From assembly GCA_002633005.1 (NCBI GenBank), contig NMRA01000279.1, positions 73,233 through 137,232 on the forward strand: a stretch of 64,000 nucleotides of DNA, given 5' to 3'. Below are positions 26,498 through 41,400 of the stretch, in pieces. This DNA comes from Phoronis australis (lineage: Eukaryota; Animalia; Phoronida). A program made the translations under genes and the position numbers. The notes beneath the pieces were generated by a model. That model saw nothing but the letters and a program-made list of their open reading frames with translations, did not search any database and was not told the origin of the DNA. How positions within the stretch are numbered: position 1 is the first letter of the stretch; each line of letters starts with the position of its first letter.

Positions 26498-29400
26498 TCA
26501 CTGTTCATCGTTCAACAAATCGTAGACATTTTGGTCAGAGAAATCCTAGAAAAAAAAACATTCAATATAAAAAGAACTTTACATCTACAGTTAAACCTGC
26601 ATTCTGTCCTGTTTAGCTGGCTAAAAAACAAAAACAAGCGCAACGCGGAGCATTGAAATGCACCCACAAATGCACTGCAAACAGTGGACTTCTAGGGCTG
26701 CTTGTTTCATAAAAATGGCCACAAGATGGCGTAAAAACATCCAATCAATCTGAAAACGGAAACATGCCATCGCTTCTATAATACAAAGCTCTTAAAAAAA
26801 AATTTCATAAAAATCTGTCAAGGAACTTCACAGAAACAAAGGAAACGGAAAAATTGAAATTACCACTATGGGGCACAGCGTTCGTTGGATCCAACTGAAA
26901 GATGTTGCCATCTGTTGTTAGCTTCATAAAAATACAATTACTAAATTTAATAAAGATCATGCGATGTGTTTAGGAGATGCATCTATGGGCGCAAAACAAA
27001 ACTACCACTACCAGGCGCCACAGAAGTCAAAATCATTATAATCGTTAACCGTCCTCTTCACACTGAGAACATATATGCCAATTTTCATAATCATCCTTAG
27101 AATGGTTTGGTTGATCGAGGGGTGGATACCAAAAAAGACTTGAAAACAGCAAAAATGGCCACTGGGTAGTGCAAAGTACCTCGATTCCATCCGAAAACGG
27201 GAGGATAGCATCATCTCGCCAGTAGATGCCTATATTCCAAATTTTCTAAACATCCATTGAGAACCTTTGGAGATACAGAGGTAAACCAAAAAAAAAATTG
27301 CCACTACGGGGCACACTGGTAGTCAGATCCGTTCGAAAGTTGTTGTCATCCGTTGTCAACATCATAAAAACGCACTTTCTAAATTTCATAAAGATCCTGC
27401 CAACCGATTACGAGATACAGCCATGGGCGCAAAAAAACAACTCTGCCGCAAGGAAGCCAAAGTAGTCGGAAAATCATCGTCCATCATCATAGTAAGAACG
27501 TACATGCCAATTTTCAAAATCATCCTTAGAGTGGTTTGGTTGATAGACGGGCGGACAACAAAAAACAGACTCAAAATTAGTAAAAATGGCCACTACATGG
27601 CGCAAAATGCCTCAAATCCATCCGAAAACGGGAGGATAGCGTCATCTCATCAATACTTGCCTATGAGCTAAATTTCATGAAAATCGATTGAGGACCTATG
27701 AAGATACAGAGGCAGACGTAAAAAACTAAAATTGCCACTAGGGGGCACAGCCGTATTCAGGTCGGTCCGAAACTCGTCGCCATCGGTCGTCAACCCCACA
27801 GGAACACACCTGCCAAGTTTCAATACGATTCTGCAAGGGGTTTACGAGATACAGCCGCGGACGCCGGATGCCCAGACAGAGATGACGGCAATATGCACCC
27901 ACATATAAATATGTGGGCGCATAATAAAATCAGGTGTTTTACTCTCATAAAATCTGTTGCGTACTATTTGTTACCGTGATGGGATTGCACTTGTTATTCC
28001 ATTTACACTGATTCAACAATTCGCCACTAAGTCATGAAGCAGCCATTATGACACTGACAACTACAAAAACTTCAATACCGTCTTAAATAACAGATTAATT
28101 AGTATGAAAAATGTTGATTTGGGGTTGAGCTTCTCTTATTTGGCGTTTGATAATAGCGCATGACATTAAATTTCACAAAGGTCATAACCAAATAAGAGGC
28201 AAATTCAAGTGTAAGCATTAGGTGTGGATTAATTCAAATGTCAATTTTTTATTTTATTTAAGATGAATCTTACAGTCTCAGATTGTTCAAAGCAACTTTA
28301 CTTATTTCACAATCCCAAAAACATAACTTATCACCATCTAATGAAATTGGTGCAATTTTGAAACTGTCAGATGATCCCATACACTGTTTGTCTAATGAGC
28401 TAAAATAAACCATTAAAAGAAGTCACTGGCCCCACAATTTTTTGTCTTATTCCACAGAAAATGCAATAAAGATAAAAATAAAACACTAAAGGAAAAAATT
28501 CAAGTTGTAACTTCTTGTGCAGAAGCCGAAACTCAAAAATTTCAGGTGCTCAAAATCCAGAAAAGATAATTAAAGATGAAACATAAAACTGACGATACAT
28601 AACAAAATCTGTTTTCAAAAGTATTTCAGTACACCACGTAAATTTCATTTTGCCAGAGGTACGTTCGCTCAGGCGGCAGTAATGGAAAAACTAATTCGGT
28701 GATGCCCCCCACGTACATCTTCTGATGAATGTGCAGTTGGCAAATGCCAAAATATGGAAATTCAAAGAAAATCAACCATAAATTAAAACTGTGTCGAAAC
28801 CCCTGTAAGTCACAGGCAAAGCGTAAATGTAACAATTTTGCTTCTTGAGTCACGGATAGTTTTAGTGATGTTTTTTGGTAACAGAAACATGTATCCTTTC
28901 GCAAATGAATAGACTTGTGTGACAGAAATATTTTTTGTGTTGTAAAATAACTGAAATAAACATTTTTGTATGAATGAAGTCACACTAATGACGAAAAAGA
29001 GAGGAAAAAAAGAGGAACTGGAAATCAAATAAGATAAAATCGAAACTAAAAAGAGGAAATCCTCTTAAAAGAGGAAAATTCCAAGTCCTGGTTCATGTGA
29101 TGAGTAAAGGGACACGCGTGGTTTTAACTGAAAGCAGGCATTTCTATGAAAAGATTACTAGCTTATTTCGAGTTCTCCGTTCATAGCACCACTGCATGAG
29201 TGTTACTTTGCAAAATTTTTGACATGTTTTAAAACTTTGTCACAATACAATAACTCAGAGGGAAACAGATCTATTTGACATTGTTGAGTGAAGCCACTAC
29301 AGTTCTCAGTTACAGCAAGCAGACAAGTCCAGGAGTCAGGCGACAAGCACATGCGACAGATTTTGCCAAATTGAGCCAGAGTTAAAGCAGGTTCCCTTTT

Positions 29401-32400
29401 CTTGAATAGTGCCATTAATTTATAACCTTCTGGCTTCGCATAAGCAGATACATGATACTGCGTGGACAGACCTGAATGTTTTTATTTAGTATTTCAGTTT
29501 GATATACTCTAAGACGTGAAAATATTCTGCTAACTTGTATTTAATTTGCATTAGACCAAAAGCAGAAAAATTTAATTAGTACAATAGGCAAAAAAGCACA
29601 ATTGGTTATGGTACGCAACCCGACTCATTTTGAGATCAACGCTTACAGGCTAAAAAATGCTCACCTGCATGAATATCGGGTATTTTTGAAAAAATGCACA
29701 AAAGCACATGCGTATGGTAAACTAAGATTTGAAACTATGATTTTCTGAAGCTATATGAGTACAAAAAAAACACTATTCCGCATCATTTCTGCTCGTCGCA
29801 GGTGGATTCTCCTTTTTTTGAACAACTAAAAATACCACACCACAAACTCGATACTTAAAATGGTTCAGTTCCAGTATAACAGTTGCAAATGCTTCAGAAA
29901 ACTCGATTACAATAGCTTACCTTGGACGACGGTTCCTTATACACTGGCATATCCTCTACTGACTTGGGTAGGGGCTTCTCATGACGATCTCTGCAGTAGG
30001 GAGAAACAGTTAACCATTTCTCATAGGGAGGAATACCAAGTTGGCTGGTACTTGTGAACACATAAGTACACAGCCGTGCATATTACACAGGTGAGCAATC
30101 GACAGTTTAAAGTGGTAACCACAAACTAGTGACATCATCTAACATTCAAGCATGGCACCACTGTATGTATTCCTCACACATTTTGGTGCCAAAACTGACG
30201 ACCAATGAATTTCAACTTATGTCCATCAATAACAATTTGCTTTCTCGTTCCTATTCGGAGTTATGTAAAGTGCCACGCCCACATTTCTAAGAATCCAAGC
30301 ATGTGATCATACCTGGCTCAAAATAATGGACCATCATCAAAAACTTGAAATAAGTTCGACAGAAACGCTTAAAGCATCAATAAACCCGCCTTCCGTCACA
30401 AAAACTAAGAGATTTAGGCCACTGGCTCCTCCATGAATACAGACACTGGACAGTAACTTCTATCTAACATATACAACTCCGTGATACACATTAAGCTCAC
30501 TAACGCTCCGTGTGTACACAGGCATTAATCAATTTATAACCACTAATTTTCACTGCTGGCAAAGATTACCTCTTGAATTACCTCTGTCTAAGAAACTAGT
30601 GTTTTCACCACTTGTGTGGACCCAGTGTAAGTCAGCCAACTCACCTGTGAGGTCTGTCGCCACGGCCACGACCTTCTCCCCTTCCACGACCTCCACGACC
30701 CCCACGACCTCTTGAGCCACGACCCCCTGCCCCTTCAGAGTCCCGATCTTCTGTCGAAAAAAGTTTGCTCAGCAAATGAACACCTCCAGTGGATACTACA
30801 CAGTACAAGCACTAATAGTACACACGACACATTCTACGTCACTAAACAGCATTAGAGACGGTCTCCAACTTCCCAGAATTCTAAACAGAAGATGGCCTTA
30901 AGAACATGTCACTTTGAAATCTAACATCGTACCAGGAATGTCTGATAGCACGCCTAGGGACTTCCTAAACCTACGCATGCAACGAGCAGTACCTGGTGAA
31001 CTGTTGGATGTAGGCAAGCAAATAACGGAAAATGCAAACAGTGATTATCAAAAAAATTGAAATTTTCACATCTGGCTTTGTCAAAATTTAATATTTAAAA
31101 TGGAGATTTGGTTGTGTGGCACCAACTCAAAGTGTCCATTCCATCAGAGATTTGTATGGGAATCCAAGGACTGCCAACTCTGTATATTCTCACAATGAAC
31201 ATAATCTGTGACCATACACAAAACGCGTGACCAACACTATTGGCTGTGAAGTCATAATTCACTAGCGGCACCTGGTGTGAGTCACCATTTTACTTCCGGG
31301 GAGCGAATCATCTTTTCACTAACCACAAAGTGGCGCCCCCTCTGGGAATTCCATATGAAAACAATGGTGCAAATCTGTCGTCCATAATCAATAGTAAGAC
31401 CTTGGAATGAACACACTGAACAGGTGCCAAACACTCAGACCTTTCTGTTCTTCTGAAGGCATGTCTATCTTCTATGACTCGTTGCACTGCAGGTGACCCA
31501 ATCGATTCCCAGCAAAACTCAAACTTAATACTGCCACGAGTCATATCATGCTGCAAGCACTGACTAATGCGATGTCAATTACTTGGCAACGGAATGGCCG
31601 TTTAACTGACCTATCGCAAGCTCCGCCCGCTTGCAAAAAGTCGACAATAAACAATAAGCTTGACCTGACAGCATGTTGTTTGTCAGGTAAAATGGCGGCT
31701 TGGAAACGAAGGTGTGTCAGGAATGCTACGTTCTGACTGGAGAGTTAAGCCGTTACTCAAAATCCTGGTGATAGGTCAACTAAGTCAGTTTCCATACAGA
31801 TTCCACCTTCGCTGCCATGAACTGTTCCATGCACAAACTCGTCATACATTCATGTCTACATTCAGCCAGCCAACATTGCCATAATTCACGTCATATCACA
31901 AACAAAATACAGAGTCGTGAAAACTTATTTTGACATTGGAAATACTCAACAACAAGTCTGACTCACCAGATCTCTGGCCACCCCTGCCTGCAAAACGTCT
32001 ATCCTCGGAGTATCTGTCATCCCTAGGGCGGGGATCCTCTCTGTGAGAATGGTCAGAACTCTCCTCAGTAGACCTGTAGAAACTTTAGACTCAGTTATTC
32101 CCGAAGACATTGTTCAAACAGGGCAGTAAAACTCTAATCTTATGTAAGACCAATGGCCAAAACTATTAAACTTTCCTTTTTTGGAAGTTTATAAGTTACT
32201 TGTACTTCACGTTCACCATGTGTTGTAGGAACACAGACGTACAGCATTGCTCTTCTAAAACCAGTTACATTCAAAGTATCTCCCACAGTTTGTCAAACTG
32301 CTCTGTACAAACCACGTTTTACTCTCGTTTGAAAACGTTACAAAATGAAGTCATTGAGAGCCACCCTCATGAAAACCGTGCCTACATGAGCACAGAAATA

Positions 32401-35400
32401 CAAAGTTTCATTTTCAGGCAAATTCCACTGCTGGCACACAGTAAATAGATTAGTGGCCTGGATGTAGGCAACTTTAAATTACAATAACCATGTAATTCCT
32501 GCCACAAGGTCATTAATACTCCTAAAATACCTGCGTCCTATTAGTCGACTTAATCAAGTGTTTTTCAACATACTCGTGACATGTTATTAGGAAACATCAG
32601 AGATCTATTATGACTCAGCCATTTAAGTGGAAAACTGTTGTATCTTACTGACAAGTAAGTTTTGAATATGAATGAAGTTGTGGTTAGATGAACCTTACAG
32701 TTGAAATTACAATCACATTTTGCAGGTAGAACGGTAAACATTTTTCGATTTAAGACAAAAATAATTGCTAAAACTGCCACATCTATTTTTTCAGAGGCCT
32801 ACCACATTGTTGCAAATGCTCAACATTTTACAATACATTGCCTGGTTATATCTACACCATACAAATCACGCTAAAAGCAGAGTAAATTCTCCTGAAAAGT
32901 TATTTTTGTTCAGAAATTTGACAAAAACGAAATTTCACCTGTCCACCACATTGTGTCACAAACTGAACGAATTTTACCTTCATTTGGACCACAACGCACC
33001 TCTTAACCCGTCTTGAACCCCTCCCCGTGCAAACCTATCAGCCCCAAAAGGACCCCCTTTGCTCACCTGTGCTCCTCGCGTCTCCTGTCCCATGCATTCT
33101 CCCTCGGCGGCTCACCACCCTTCAACTCTGGCTTGCCCCGACTCCAGGCGTTTTCTCGAGGTGGCTGGCTCTGTAGGTAACGTTTTGGTGATTACCACGA
33201 CAACAGAGAAGTAACGTTTAATTCAACACGTTTCGCATATTGTGTTGATTAATAGGGCCGATCCAGATTACTAAGCAACACTCGAATCCTGCTGTATTTA
33301 CCCACCATACTACAATACCCGACAGGAACTTTAATTTATTTATCGCACCATTGGATTTCCACATTCTTTGTTGTTATCATATTCTTTTCACGTTTTTCTC
33401 CAAATCGCAGTTATGAATTGTTTTTAAAATTCTGTCAATTCTGCATTAAGGTCTGCAAAAATAGGACTGATTTTTATTACGTACAAAAAAGGCTAAAAAT
33501 AGACTAAACATTTTGGAATTTTAATTCTTTTTGTCGATAAATTTGACAAAATAAATTTTACCGTGTCTGCCATATTGTGTGCTGAAAAGGCGAAGAATTA
33601 CCATACAACGATTGACGAAAAATTAAATCAACCGCTTTTTATATGATGTACCATTCATATGAATTAACAGAAAAGATGGAATTAATTCACACAAAAACTG
33701 CCAACATTTATCAGCAAACATTAGCTGAAGGTTGACACCTTGTCCGAGATGGATTTTGATTAGATGGGAAGGGCCCGTGCAAAAAATCATCTTTTGTGTC
33801 TTTACATGTTTGACAATATTTGCGACTCCACAGTATATAACAAGAGGCAGTATTAGCTAACCTGTGGTGCAGGCTGTGACCCAGAATGTGCCGTCGTTGC
33901 CCCTGACGATGACCCCGTCTCTTTCTGAGACTCCTCGTCTCTCGGCGCCCCCTGCTGCCCTGATTGCTGCTGCGACCTGCGTTTCTCCCAAATATTCTCA
34001 GCAGGAGGTGGAGCTGGTCTCATCGCTACCTCTTCCTTCTTGGTAGGGGGTGACTTGCCAGTTGTCCCCGGCAACGATGCTGGTGACTGCTCGGGTTTGT
34101 CGTCATCAAACACCTCGGGAGGATTTGACCTCTCACTGTCCCTCCGACTAGACGAAGGTGGCGATATGACTGAAGGGCAACAAGGAACAGTCATTTTACG
34201 AACTACCAAAACTGTCAATAGATGTCATCGATAGGGTTTTAGGAGTTCGGCAACAATGTATCATACACATGGGGATAATAGAAATTTAAAGCAACAAAAA
34301 GGCTTCTGCAGTGCTTTTCAGATTTTTCCCAGTCCTAATGGAGACTGCTGGTTGGAAAACTTAAGTGACTCATGCAAAAATGTTGTCAAATACACACCGA
34401 AAAAATCACATACAAACTCACCTCGCGTTGCAAAAAAATGATGATAAGTAGATCAAAAAGGGACTTTTGAGCTGTAACTGTACAAAAAATTACGATGTGA
34501 ATGAGTGTAGGACTGTGTCTGTCAACTGTCTACCTTGTCTGTTGTTTCAAAAATGACTCTTTATCTAACACAGGTACACTGATTACATGTGGACACAAGT
34601 GTGTGAATTGTGGACAAGTAAAACACAAAAGATCTGTGAATTATCCATAACACACATAAATTTACAAGGCCATTTCACAAAGTGAAACACAGTGCCTGCA
34701 AGAAGGAATTACCCTGACCTCAGTCACCAACAACAGACCAACCTAATGCTTGTAACACTGCATAACCCTGACCTCAGTCAGCAACTATAGATGTAGCTGG
34801 TGTCTATAACACTGTATTACATGGTCCTGTGCCAACAACACACCCCGTAGAACAAACGAGTCTTACCTTTCCCACCTGACGACGAACTGGTACGTCGTTC
34901 CCGCGGCCGTCTCTCCCAGTCACCGTGATCAGAGTGATCACTGTCACGCCTCTGTCTGTAACTGTATGTGAAAAAACACACTGAGGTCCTGCGTGTCAGT
35001 TAGTCACAGAAGGTTACTGAATCACATCAAGTTATAAACGGTACAGCTTAATCTACATGATAATTTTACGGACAATTCAAGAACAGAACTCACTGCATTA
35101 TGCCTCACACCTCTTCAGTATAATAACCAAGGCTTGGAATGACCAATGACAAAAAAGAGGAAAACTCTCCAGGTGATGTGTCATTCTAAAAATAGGCTTG
35201 TGTGACATAAACACTTTTTTGAGTAAAATTTAAGTGAAATAAACATTTTTAAAAAAGAGACGAAAAGAGAGGAAACTGGAAATCAAATAAAAGGAAATCG
35301 AAACCAAAAAAGAGAAAATCCTCCTTAAAGAGAAAAATTCCAAGCCCTGAATAACTTCTGTTCACTCCTTCCGCCTATAGTACAAGCCACAAGTATTCAA

Positions 35401-38400
35401 ACAAAATGACCCAGAATACCATCATGAGAGCTGGGTGGAAGCCGAATTCATCGAAACAAGACAGAGAATAAGGGAATTAAAAGGAAAGTTAGGTGACTAA
35501 TTAAAATCAATATGCAATTAAAATTTTGCTGCCCTAATGATTATTACCAGTAATTCTTGCAGAATTAGGATTCATGACAGGAAAAGGGTATTTCGTCTGA
35601 TTACTTTTGTCTTGCAATGTGCATCAACACCCTAGGCCAATTACCCTGCTCAAACTTATAATCACATATACCCCCACCTATCACTTTCTTTAATCTGCCA
35701 CCCACCCCACACCCTCGCCTCTTCTCCAACTTATGCCCCCAAATTTGCCCTCCTTAGCCGCCACCCTTTCTTACATCTTCCGTTCCCTTCCATACTCCAT
35801 CCACCTTAGACCCGTAACTCTACCCCCATTCCCTTCACTGCCTTACCACCCCCACCCAANNNNNNNNNNNNNNNNNNNNNNNNNNNNNNNNNNNNNNNNN
35901 NNNNNNNNNNNNNNNNNNNNNNNNNNNNNNNNNNNNNNNNNNNNNNNNNNNNNNNNNNNNNNNNNNNNNNNNNNNNNNNNNNNNNNNNNNNNNNNNNNNN
36001 NNNNNNNNNNNNNNNNNNNNNNNNNNNNNNNNNNNNCACACCCACCCAAACCCTTACCACACCCACCCAAACCCTTACCCCTCCCTCCGTTCCCGTCCTT
36101 CCACAAACTTCTTATGTTCTTCTTCCTGTTGATGCTGTATCTTCTCTTCGATCTCCCGTTCCTTCGATGCTGTGTCGACCGGTTTGGCACCACCAAATAT
36201 GGACGCCGCCTTGCCACCAGCAGTTGCACTGTCAGCAGGTTCTACGGGTTTGGAGCGCGGAGCTAACTGAAGTTTGGGCCTCGCGCGTGGAGCATCCGAT
36301 CTTTCAGAATCTGAAAGCAGAAAAAACACGAGGTCATTTAATATGATAAATGAGATCAGTTTTTACTTTTTCGAAATTTTAGGAAAAATGCGTTTGAGAA
36401 TCACAAGTCCAATACACATTATATTTTATCAGAGATTTCTTTACAGACAGACAGACTCAGATTAAGTAGAAATCATTTTTTGTTTCAACACAAAAATGCA
36501 GAGCTTACAACCACAAAAACATTTTCTCAAATCAAATCATTTCATAAAAAGTTCTGACACATCTTTTACAAAGAAAGATGTTCCCAGCAGAGTTCCCCCT
36601 AGTACAACAAGAATAAGGTTCAACTTTTCAGAGATAAAATTTCCTACAAAAAGGCCCATTGTTCTCAAACTTTGATCTTATCCATTTGCCCCCAATCTTG
36701 TTCAACTAGCTATTTAGAAAGAACACAACAACAATACTTACCGTGATTTCTGTCTTCGTGGTGATCTTGTCTAAAATCAAAGAATAACAACACAAATAAC
36801 GCACCCTGAAAGAATTATTCATAACAAAGCTCTCAGTACCACACTGAACTCTAACAGTTCATTTATTGGAACTTCACCTTGGCATAAAGGTAAAAAACTG
36901 ATTCTGTATCATAAAGACAATCCTCTACACAGAGTGTCTCAAAACTGAACTCACAGATTAAATGATAACCACGTTGTAAATGCACTTACAAAAAACACAC
37001 TTGTGAAGAAGGTATGATGAAAAAATGAACGCAACTAGAACACCAGTGTTTAAATAACAAAGACATCTTACCTGCTACCGCCACCAAATCTGTCGCGAGG
37101 TGGGCCATATCTATCACCACCATACCGGTCGCCACCATGGCGGTCACCACCATATCTGTCTCCACCGTAGTTGTCCCTTGGGGGACCATAGCCATCGCGA
37201 TCACCATCTCTGAAGCCAGAGCCAAATGCTCGCCTGCCACCATCTGAGAAAACGAGACCAACCTATAGATTTGATATGTGCTCACAATGCACTGCAAATG
37301 ATAAGTCTATGCGGGAGTTTATCAGTCTCATGTACGGTACAAGGAAATAACAATTTGACTACAAGGGGTAGCTGTAATAGCCAGAACTGGTAAAAAGTGC
37401 TGGTGCCTCACTTTTTAAAAGTAACAGAAAATCAAAAAGTTAAAAAATTAACAGTTTTTAAGAAATAAAACAAGCCACCAAGGGACACAGTACTGGGTAT
37501 CCAAAAGTTAGTAGGTCTGGTCTATTTCTTATCATAAAGAGCAATCATGAGGTTTGGTTTGGTTTGTGTTGTTTATCTCATAACCAAACCAAAACTAAAG
37601 AAATGAGACAAAAACGAACAACATGAACAATAACTTGGTACATTTTACTAATACGCAACTTTAATTAAGAATTGTTTTGGTTATGACGCAATGAATGCAT
37701 AGTTAATTAATTTAAGCAACATGCACTGGTACTCATCAGTCATGCAGTGTTGTTCATGGTGGATTTACGAGCCATTACAGTGATTAGATATTTCAGATTT
37801 CGCTCTCACGAGCCTCCGTGGTTATGAATAAGCCAAGGTCCGTTCGGTCAATTCTTTGAATTCACTTACAATTCAACGTCAGTCGGTCCATCCGCCCGGG
37901 AAGTTATTCCTCAATAACTTTGAGCATAGGAAGAATTGCATTATATTTGATGTTTTGTTTCTTGAATTTGTTATAGTGTGACAATGACTACTAATAGTTA
38001 ATCCCACATTGGAGTATTCTGACTAACTGACGTTAGTTCGAAGCAAAAAAAAGCTTTCAATCACTTAGTATTAGTTAGTTTGACCAGTTTCAACTAGTTT
38101 TGCATAAGCATTTTGACTAACGTTGAATCACGATTTAATGAAAAACTCAAAATGTGGAATGCCACTTGAAAAAATAATTGCCAGTTGAAATAATAACATG
38201 TTTGAATGAAACATCAAGTTCTAGTGTCCCACCAATAGTACTTTCAGGCAGCGTGAAATAATTGTTTCAAGTGGTCATGCTAGCAAAATGTGCGACCGAA
38301 TTAAAATGTTCATGAGGACAATCTTCCTCTCTTCAGACAAACATTGATCCCGTACAAAATCATGTATTTCGCAAATTAGTTATCAGCATTGTTCGTGATT

Positions 38401-41400
38401 ATGATTTCATGATGACTGAGTTGCACACTGATGTCGGTATAATACAAGGGGTAAACAAAGTCAGATGAGCAATTGAAAAATCATGAGTCTTTGAACGATC
38501 AAAAGGTGCACAGCAGAACTTTCATGAAAGACACTGCGAGATCAAAAATGAAAGTATTCTGGCAGTACACCGTTATGAATGACAATAATCAAGTTGTGAT
38601 GGAATAGGGTTTTCATAGCTTCCCGATATGATGTTCAATAGCTAAATCGCTTACTGAACCGTGTCGAGTCTGGTGAGTCAGTTGTTTCCACCATCTTGTT
38701 CACTGACGGTGAGTTACGCACTGTACATGTGCGCATTTGGAATTAGGTCAATATGCTCAGTTACTTGACATAACGGACTATTGCGGTAGCAGTGGAAGAT
38801 GAATGGCAAGGGATTGCAGATATTATGACGAGTCATAACCGTCATTTAAGCGGAAAAGAATCTATAGGAAGAATTTAACATCACAACGTGGAAACAGAAA
38901 TATTTTGTCAGCATTCTTCTGGCTTGTAGTGTATCACTCGGAAACGCTCTTACCCAAAAACACTGAGCAGCCCTGCCGCACTAGCCCTGGGACAAGGCAG
39001 ACTGAAAAGTGGACTGCACCGTTTTCGTGATACCGTAAAAACTACTGCCAAATATCGTCAAGATCCAAACAGGTTTTACTTTCGAGATATCGATCGGACA
39101 CCTGGGCAGCCGGACAGGACGATAGCAAAATGTGTCTCCACAAAAAGTTGAATAATTTTATTTAACTTCTGTTTCAAGTAATGCGATGAACCATTCTCTC
39201 ATTAGTTGTGCAGAGGAAAACTGAGAGACTAAATGAGGCACAATGATTAATTACCCCGAGGCAAGCAGTTCTACTCAACATTAGGCCTTATTTCGTTAAA
39301 CAGAGGAGAAAATAACCGACTCGGTCAATTTTGTAAGGTCTATGTATCACAATTTCAATTCACATCACACTAAACTCACCCCTCCGTTCAAAGCTGTCCC
39401 GCCCACCATAGCGGTCTCGCTCACCCCCATATCCCCGGTCGCCATATCTGTCCCCGCCATAGCCTCGATCACCATAGCCTCCACGTCCCCCGTAGCCGCG
39501 GTCCCGATCGCCATAGCCACGGTCACCATAGCTGCGGTCGCCGTAGCCACGGTCACTGTAGCTGTTGCGATCACCATAACGATCACCACCATAACCACCA
39601 CGATCTCTGTCATAACTATCTCGTCCACCATAACGAGGTCTATCATCTGAGCGGTCATCTAGAAAAAAATTAAAGATTCATTTACTACTATATGATTGTG
39701 AGGCCTAACCATTGCGTGTAAGCAAAAATATTTGATTTGCAATCTAACCATACATTTACATCTTCCAACAAAAACAACAAAATACTTTTGCAACAAAAAT
39801 GAGTCCACTCAAGCAATGAAGTGAAAAAATTAAGTACCGATCTGAAGCGGGGGAAAGGGCAAGAAAAAACGAAAAACTATTTTAAAGATGACCTCAACTT
39901 CAATGATACAGTAAATAATAATAAGTTGCCTTCTGATATCTCAGTGTTTTCACAGTTCAACTGTAGATAGTAAAACAACCAGAAACACATAACTGATGTT
40001 CATGGGTAGATAAAAAAAATAATTGCAGGCGGTCTGGTACACGTTGTACCAGCCATGCACAGGCCGCGCATGTGGGCCCATTGCACTGATCACGTAGAAC
40101 CATTTTTGTGCTTAATTAACATACACTTAAAACTGAGCGGAGGAACTTGAAACTTAACTCAAGGGTTTAGCAATGTGGCTGAATAGAATTTGAACCCACG
40201 ACCTTAAGCACAGAAAGCGGGAACGTATCATACTAGGCAACACTACCTCCCCATGGGGAGATAACTCTGCAGTATGTGACCAGCTTAACAGTAGAAAATG
40301 ATAATTCACAATTTGGACAAGAAAGAGCAGACACTTTCCTGCAAGTTATCTATCTGGCACAGTTATTTCCTGCTGTCAGTTCTCACCATTAAAGCCAGAA
40401 GGCTGGTCCCTAATACGCCAGTTCTGTTCCGTTGGGTCAGGACCGCGGGACTCGTCGAAGCCCCCCGATCGACCACCACGATTATCACGGTCACGACCTT
40501 CGCCCTGCTGTTGCCCAGCAATATCTACGCGTATTTTTCTGCCTTTCAGCATCTAGAAAGTACAATAAAAGTANTCGCCGTAGCCACGGTCACTGTAGCT
40601 GTTGCGATCACCATAACGATCACCACCATAACCACCCCGATCTCTGTCGTAACTATCTCGTCCACCATAACGAGGTCTATCATCTGAGCGGTCATCTAGA
40701 AAAAAATTAAAGATTCATTTACTACTACATGACTGTGAGGCCTAACCATTGTGTGTAAGCAAAAATATTTGATTTGCAATCTAACCATACATTTACATCT
40801 TCCAACAAAAACAACAAAGTACTTTTGCAACAAAAATGAGTCCACTCAAGCAATGAAGTGAAAAAATTAAGTACTGATCTGAAGCGGGGGAAAGGGCAAG
40901 AAAATACGAAAAACTATTTTAAAGATGACCTCAACTTCAATGATAAAGTAAATAATAATAAGTTGCCTTCTGATATCTCAGTGTTTTCACAGTTAAACTG
41001 TAGATAGTAAAACAACCAGAAACACATAACTGGTGTTCATGGGTAGATATAAAAAAAAATAATTGCAGGCGGTCTGGTACACGTTGTACCAGCCATGCAC
41101 AGGCCGCGCATGTGGGCCCATTGCACTGATCACTTAGAACCATTTTTGTGCTTTATTAACATACACTTAAAACTGAGCGGAGGAACTTGAAACTTGGCTC
41201 AAGGGTTTAGCAATGTGGCCGAATAGAATTTGAACCCACGACCTTAAGCACAGAAAGCGGGAACGTATCATACTAGGCAACACTACCTCCCCATGGTGAG
41301 ATAACTCTGCAGTATGAAGAAAACTGTGACCAGCTTAACAGTAGAAAATGATAATTCACAATTTGGACAAGAAAGAGCAGACACTTTCCTCCAAGTTATC

